This document shows positions 59,979 through 64,000 of a DNA stretch of 64,000 bases, one piece after another; the first letter of the stretch is position 1; each line of letters starts with the position of its first letter. Source of the stretch: Patescibacteria group bacterium (GTDB taxonomy: Bacteria > Patescibacteriota > Patescibacteriia > Patescibacteriales > JAQTRU01); the NCBI GenBank assembly GCA_028716725.1, contig JAQUPG010000004.1, positions 2,680-66,679 on the forward strand. Direction: 5' to 3'. The position numbers and the translations under genes were made by a program. The notes under the pieces are model-generated. The model saw only the letters and a list, made by a program, of their open reading frames with translations, was not told where the DNA came from and did no database searches.

Positions 59979-60193
59979 TAAATTAAGGAGTTTTAAAGGC
60001 CTAAATCCTTAATTTTATTTATATATTTACCCACAACTGATCCACAAGCTAATTACATTATACAGTAAAATATTAAAAAACACCAATAATTTTAAAGAAA
60101 ATCGAAATTTTACCAAATTATTTTTTACTAAAAATATATAATTTTAGCTAATATTAAAGAAAAAAATTAAAAAATCAATTATTTTTTGCCATC

Positions 60194-60994
60194 TCATTTT
60201 TCCCCAATTAATGCCTCTAACATGGCTGTTTCTGCAAATCTGCCAGTTTTATTTAGTTTTAAAAGATTTTTTCTAAGCTCATCTTCAAACTCCTTAATCT
60301 GGTCGCCAAATAGCCAACGCGCCGCGAAAGAGGTGGAATACAAAAAACCTATAATACTATTAATATCCCAGTTTTGTTTATATTTATCTTTATATTTTGC
60401 TAAAACAGTGAATTTTGAGCGGTCAAGTATGTCTTCATAACGATCTTTTTTCTCATTAAAGTAACCTTTGCCTGCCCGCCGTTTTTCTCCTAAATATTTT
60501 TTAATAATCTTTAAAACAACTTTTTTCCAGGCGTCATTTCCCGGATTTCTCTGAATTGAAGAAATATTGGAAAAAATAACTACACCGCCGCCCGGTTTAG
60601 TAATTTTATAAACTTTTTCTAAAACTTTATCCTGTTCCATCCAATGAAAAGATGCGCCCATTGTCGTTAAATCAAAAAATCCCAATTTTTCTGAAATTTG
60701 TTCGGCATATATTTGTTGCCAAAAAATATTAGAGATTCCTTTTGCCTTGGCCAGAGATTTGCCTTCTTGAAGCATTTCTTTATTGGGATCAACGGCTACC
60801 ACTTCTTTGACAATTTTAGAAAAAGGGATAGCGATCTGGCCAGTGCCAGTTCCCAAATCCAGAACCCTGGATCCCTTGTTTAGCTTAAATAAATTCGCCA
60901 AATACTTATAAAAAGATGCCGGATAACCGCGCCTAAATCTTGCATAATACCAAGCTGCTCCTTTAAATAATTCCTGGTCTCTTTGCTTTGGCAT
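60194..60994 (-). CDS. class I SAM-dependent methyltransferase
   Basis: 266 aa with motif I, VLDLGTGTGQIAIPF. Confidence 0.8.
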   Translation of the reverse strand: MPKQRDQELFKGAAWYYARFRRGYPASFYKYLANLFKLNKGSRVLDLGTGTGQIAIPFSKIVKEVVAVDPNKEMLQEGKSLAKAKGISNIFWQQIYAEQISEKLGFFDLTTMGASFHWMEQDKVLEKVYKITKPGGGVVIFSNISSIQRNPGNDAWKKVVLKIIKKYLGEKRRAGKGYFNEKKDRYEDILDRSKFTVLAKYKDKYKQNWDINSIIGFLYSTSFAARWLFGDQIKEFEDELRKNLLKLNKTGRFAETAMLEALIGEK

Positions 60995-61012
60995 AATTTT
61001 TATAACGTTAAA

Positions 61013-62065
61013 TTATTGATTGCCCGCCAGTTGCCCGCAAGCCCCCTTTATTTCCTCACCCAGGCTTTTTCTGATAGTGGCTCCGACTTTATTCTTATTA
61101 AGATAATCTTTAAACCATTTAAGATAATCTTTAAACCATTCCGTTGTTTTAGCATCGGACGGGGAAAAGCCGCCGCTGGCAGCATTATAGCGGATTAAAT
61201 TAACATGAATAAGCTTTGCCCCGCCTTCAATTGACTTAATAAATTCAATCAGCTCGTCGGCCTGAGCCGCCTGGTCATTCAGGCCTTTGAACATAACATA
61301 TTCAAAAAAAACTTTGCGGTTTGTTTTGCTAAAATAATAGGTTAAAGCTTTTTTTAATTGGTTTAGGTTAAAGCGCCGGTTAACCGGCATATACTGGCTG
61401 CGCTGCCGGTCATTCGGGAAAATAAGAGAAACGGCTAAGTTAATTTGGGGAAATTCCCGCGCCATGTTTTTTATGCCGTCGGGTATGCCGGAAGTGGAAA
61501 CGGAAATGCTCCTTGAGCCGAGATTAAAAAATTCCTTATCTATCAAAATCTTTAAAGCGCTTTTAACCTCGGGCCAATTAAGAAACGGCTCGCCCATGCC
61601 CATAAAAACCAGGCTGGAAAACTTTCCGGCCAGCTTCTTCTCTTTAAAAAAATTTTTCCAGAAAAGAACCTGGTCCGTAATTTCCTCGCTCGTTAAATTG
61701 CGCCTGAATCCGCCTTGTCCGGTGGCGCAGAAACGGCAGGCCAAAGAGCAGCCGACCTGGCTTGAGAGGCAGGCTGACCAGCGCCCGGGCAAAGGCGAAA
61801 GCAGAACCGTTTCTATTACCGCGCCGTCAGAAAGGCGCAACAAAGCCTTAAACGATAAACCATCCTTGGACTCAAGAATTTTCTCCGCCTTAAAAGACAA
61901 AGGGGAAATTTTTTCGGCTAAATCTTCGGCTAAAGATTTCGAGATAGTTGAAATATTTTTAAAATCCAAAACAAACTGCTTGGTAAAAGCATCCTTAATT
62001 TGCCGGTACCTAAAAGCCGGCTCCCCTATTTCCTTAAGTATTGACTGCAATTTTATAAAATCCAT
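61013..62065 (-). CDS. rlmN: 23S rRNA/tRNA (adenine-C2)-methyltransferase RlmN (radical SAM)
   Basis: 350 aa: CSLACRFCATG (CxxxCxxC), GMGEPFLN, and ISVSTSG. A C-terminal CGQL is present. Confidence 0.85.
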   Translation of the reverse strand: MDFIKLQSILKEIGEPAFRYRQIKDAFTKQFVLDFKNISTISKSLAEDLAEKISPLSFKAEKILESKDGLSFKALLRLSDGAVIETVLLSPLPGRWSACLSSQVGCSLACRFCATGQGGFRRNLTSEEITDQVLFWKNFFKEKKLAGKFSSLVFMGMGEPFLNWPEVKSALKILIDKEFFNLGSRSISVSTSGIPDGIKNMAREFPQINLAVSLIFPNDRQRSQYMPVNRRFNLNQLKKALTYYFSKTNRKVFFEYVMFKGLNDQAAQADELIEFIKSIEGGAKLIHVNLIRYNAASGGFSPSDAKTTEWFKDYLKWFKDYLNKNKVGATIRKSLGEEIKGACGQLAGNQ

Positions 62066-62068
62066 AAA

Positions 62069-63223
62069 TTACTCCAAAGTAATTAAAACTATTTCTCCCC
62101 GGCTGCCGGTGCGCATCGTCGGACCCCAAACTCCGGTGCCGCTGGTAGTATAAAGAGTAAAATCTCCGTCCTGGTGCAACCCGTAGTCGTAGCCATGGTA
62201 AATCAATTTCGTGATCAGGTTAAAAGGAAAAATCTGGCCGGCATGAGTATGGCCCGATAATTGCAAATCAATGCCAAACTCTTTGGTGCCGGTAAAATCC
62301 GTCTTGGGCGATAAATAAATATCTTTATGCGAATTATTGCCATTTGCCTGGCTGGAAAAAACATCAACTGGCGCATGATAAAGTAAAATACTCGGCTCTT
62401 CCGGATTATAATTACTTTTTACACTCTCCAGATCCTTTTTTTGCCCAAGCTCGGGATAACTTACGCCAATTATCTGCAGGCCTTCTATTTCCGCTATTTT
62501 ATCATCCAAAACATTTATTTTGGTCTTCCTTAAAACAGACAAAACTCTCTCTGTACCCAGATAAATTTCGTGGTTGCCGGTCACATAATAAACAGGCGCC
62601 TTAAATCCGTTCAGAGGATCAACAAAAGAATCCAAGTCTCCGTCCATGCCGTCAAACAAATCCCCGGTAATCACAACCATCTCCGGATTAAGGCTATTTA
62701 CTTTTCCCACAACCTGCTCTAAAAAATTTTTTCCTAAAATTTCCCCTAAATGCAGGTCGGAAATCTGGACAATTGTTTTTCCTTGCCAATTTTCTGGCAG
62801 ATTATCAAGAGAGACGGTTATTCTTTTTACTGCCGGGGATAAAGCATTAAAGACGCCATAACCGCTGAAAAGAAGAACAAGGGCTAAAACCGCTATGCCC
62901 GTGGCAAACGGGCTTATTTTTTTGCCAAAAGCTTCACCGGCCCCGGTTATAAGCCAGGCCGCCCCGATAACTAACAAAAAATTTATTAATACGCCCAGCC
63001 AAAGGGAAAAAATAAAATATAAGGTTTTAGTCAGCAAAATCTCCTGCCAATGGACTAAAAACGAAAAAAAAATAAAACCTATGGGCAGAAACCAGAAAAC
63101 CAAACGCAGGATATTCTTCGTCCGCCGACGGCTGACGGAAAAACTTTGGATAAAAAAATTGTAAACCAGCCAATGGCCGCCGATTAGAAAAATTATGGCT
63201 GCAAATAAAAAAATATATATCAT
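62069..63223 (-). CDS. membrane-anchored metallophosphoesterase
   Basis: 384 aa with four N-terminal TM helices, then SDLHLG, GDLFDG, GNHE and GHTHAGQ. Confidence 0.8.
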   Translation of the reverse strand: MIYIFLFAAIIFLIGGHWLVYNFFIQSFSVSRRRTKNILRLVFWFLPIGFIFFSFLVHWQEILLTKTLYFIFSLWLGVLINFLLVIGAAWLITGAGEAFGKKISPFATGIAVLALVLLFSGYGVFNALSPAVKRITVSLDNLPENWQGKTIVQISDLHLGEILGKNFLEQVVGKVNSLNPEMVVITGDLFDGMDGDLDSFVDPLNGFKAPVYYVTGNHEIYLGTERVLSVLRKTKINVLDDKIAEIEGLQIIGVSYPELGQKKDLESVKSNYNPEEPSILLYHAPVDVFSSQANGNNSHKDIYLSPKTDFTGTKEFGIDLQLSGHTHAGQIFPFNLITKLIYHGYDYGLHQDGDFTLYTTSGTGVWGPTMRTGSRGEIVLITLE

Positions 63224-63363
63224 AGACTATTTTTATTATAACAAAAATAGCCAACATCGGCTATTACTGGCTAGCGTAACACTCCAATTTCAACTTGCTT
63301 ATGACAAGGCTTTGGAGGCTTTCCCAGGACTGTTTTTACTATTTTACCAATTTACCAAGGCAC

Positions 63364-63945
63364 TCAATTGAGTTTAAAAATTAATTCATCTTTATAATAA
63401 TTAAATAAAGAATTTGGTAAATCGATAAGCTTAATTTTTTCTTTGCTACATATCGTTGGCAATTTTTCGATGAGCTTGTTATCTTTTTTAAAACTCTCGT
63501 CAGTAACTAAAATGGAATCACTGTGGGCCATACAATAAGCCGCTAGATATAAATCGGCGTGTTTGTCTAAATAAAGGTTCAACACGCGATCTATCAAATT
63601 GTAATCCACCTTACCAGTCGTCTGATCTCTATAATATCTTTCATTTTCCGGCTTATAATATTTATCTCTAAGAATTTGCACATCATCTATTAAATCTACC
63701 GTATTAACAAAAAATGGTTTAATATATTTTCTGAGCTCGTCAATTTCTTGTTGACTTTTTATTGTCGTGAATTCTTTAAAAACCCTGTCAATAATTATTA
63801 TTTCTCCTGATTTAATTTTATCAAGAAGAAAATCTCTTAATTTCTTATAAATTTCACCGCTATAATCCCGATCAAAAAAATAGTAATTAAAAAAATTTAC
63901 TAAACTATTATTATCAATAACTAATTTTTTAGAATCTTCTGCCAT
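63364..63945 (-). CDS. DUF4411-like (PIN-like nuclease fold) protein
   Basis: 193 aa and very AT-rich. N-terminal LVIDNNSLVNFFNYY...IIIIDRVFKEF and C-terminal ADLYLAAYCMAHSDSILVTDES....KLPTICSKEKIKLIDL follow the DUF4411 pattern as I remember it. Confidence 0.55.
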   Translation of the reverse strand: MAEDSKKLVIDNNSLVNFFNYYFFDRDYSGEIYKKLRDFLLDKIKSGEIIIIDRVFKEFTTIKSQQEIDELRKYIKPFFVNTVDLIDDVQILRDKYYKPENERYYRDQTTGKVDYNLIDRVLNLYLDKHADLYLAAYCMAHSDSILVTDESFKKDNKLIEKLPTICSKEKIKLIDLPNSLFNYYKDELIFKLN

Positions 63946-64000
63946 CTTAATATATTACATCAATAATATTTTTTTCTGGTTTTATCTTTAAATATTCCCT

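Noticed and set aside
61464-62153. 229-aa plus-strand ORF
   Set aside because: It is antisense to rlmN, whose radical-SAM motifs are unambiguous. This is a typical shadow ORF.
1-64000. Alternative genetic code (UGA recoding), as in some CPR lineages
   Set aside because: Several well-supported genes end at TGA (for example UXS at 29543), and long ORFs are not interrupted by in-frame TGA in the way recoding would produce. The standard code fits.

Overview
This window looks like a low-GC, gene-dense, mostly minus-strand region of a small-genome bacterium. The Patescibacteria/CPR assignment is my inference from gene content, not a search result. TGA, TAA and TAG all behave as stops, so the standard code applies.

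Core and envelope genes:
- Two ECF sigma / membrane-partner pairs.
- A MacAB-like ABC efflux set with a HlyD-type adaptor, and an ABC-2 exporter pair.
- greA, a padR-pspC pair, rpoD, dnaG, HU, rlmN, a SAM methyltransferase and a metallophosphoesterase.
- A roughly 10-kb glycosylation cluster: four GT4-type glycosyltransferases, UDP-glucuronate decarboxylase, an epimerase, a NUDIX hydrolase and a sugar dehydrogenase.
- Two O-antigen-ligase/TPR giants and several very large surface proteins.

Main finding: at 15.9-19.8 kb there is a stand-alone type V CRISPR locus. It has a 1073-aa Cas12a-like effector and a 5-repeat array whose repeat ends in the canonical Cas12a handle AAUUUCUACUUUUGUAGAU. The nuclease lobe is not Cas12a-like: RuvC-I to RuvC-II is much longer than in Cas12a, and RuvC-II to RuvC-III is short and carries a TnpB-style zinc ribbon. 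No cas1, cas2 or cas4 is present in the window.

Other notable items:
- A tRNA-Asn(GUU) split by a 620-nt group I intron that encodes an HNH endonuclease.
- GIY-YIG genes bracketed by 16-nt inverted repeats.
- A RAYT/IS200-like gene with its palindromes both beside and inside the ORF.
- A recurring ATTTCTAACGGGGT motif that brackets three start codons.
- Heptamer microsatellite families in and around the glycosyltransferase genes.
- A plus-strand island of small ORFs, each with a consensus promoter and terminator. It includes an orphan HisI-like gene and a candidate structured RNA.

All homology calls were made by eye from motifs. No database search, RNA folding or composition calculation was run.
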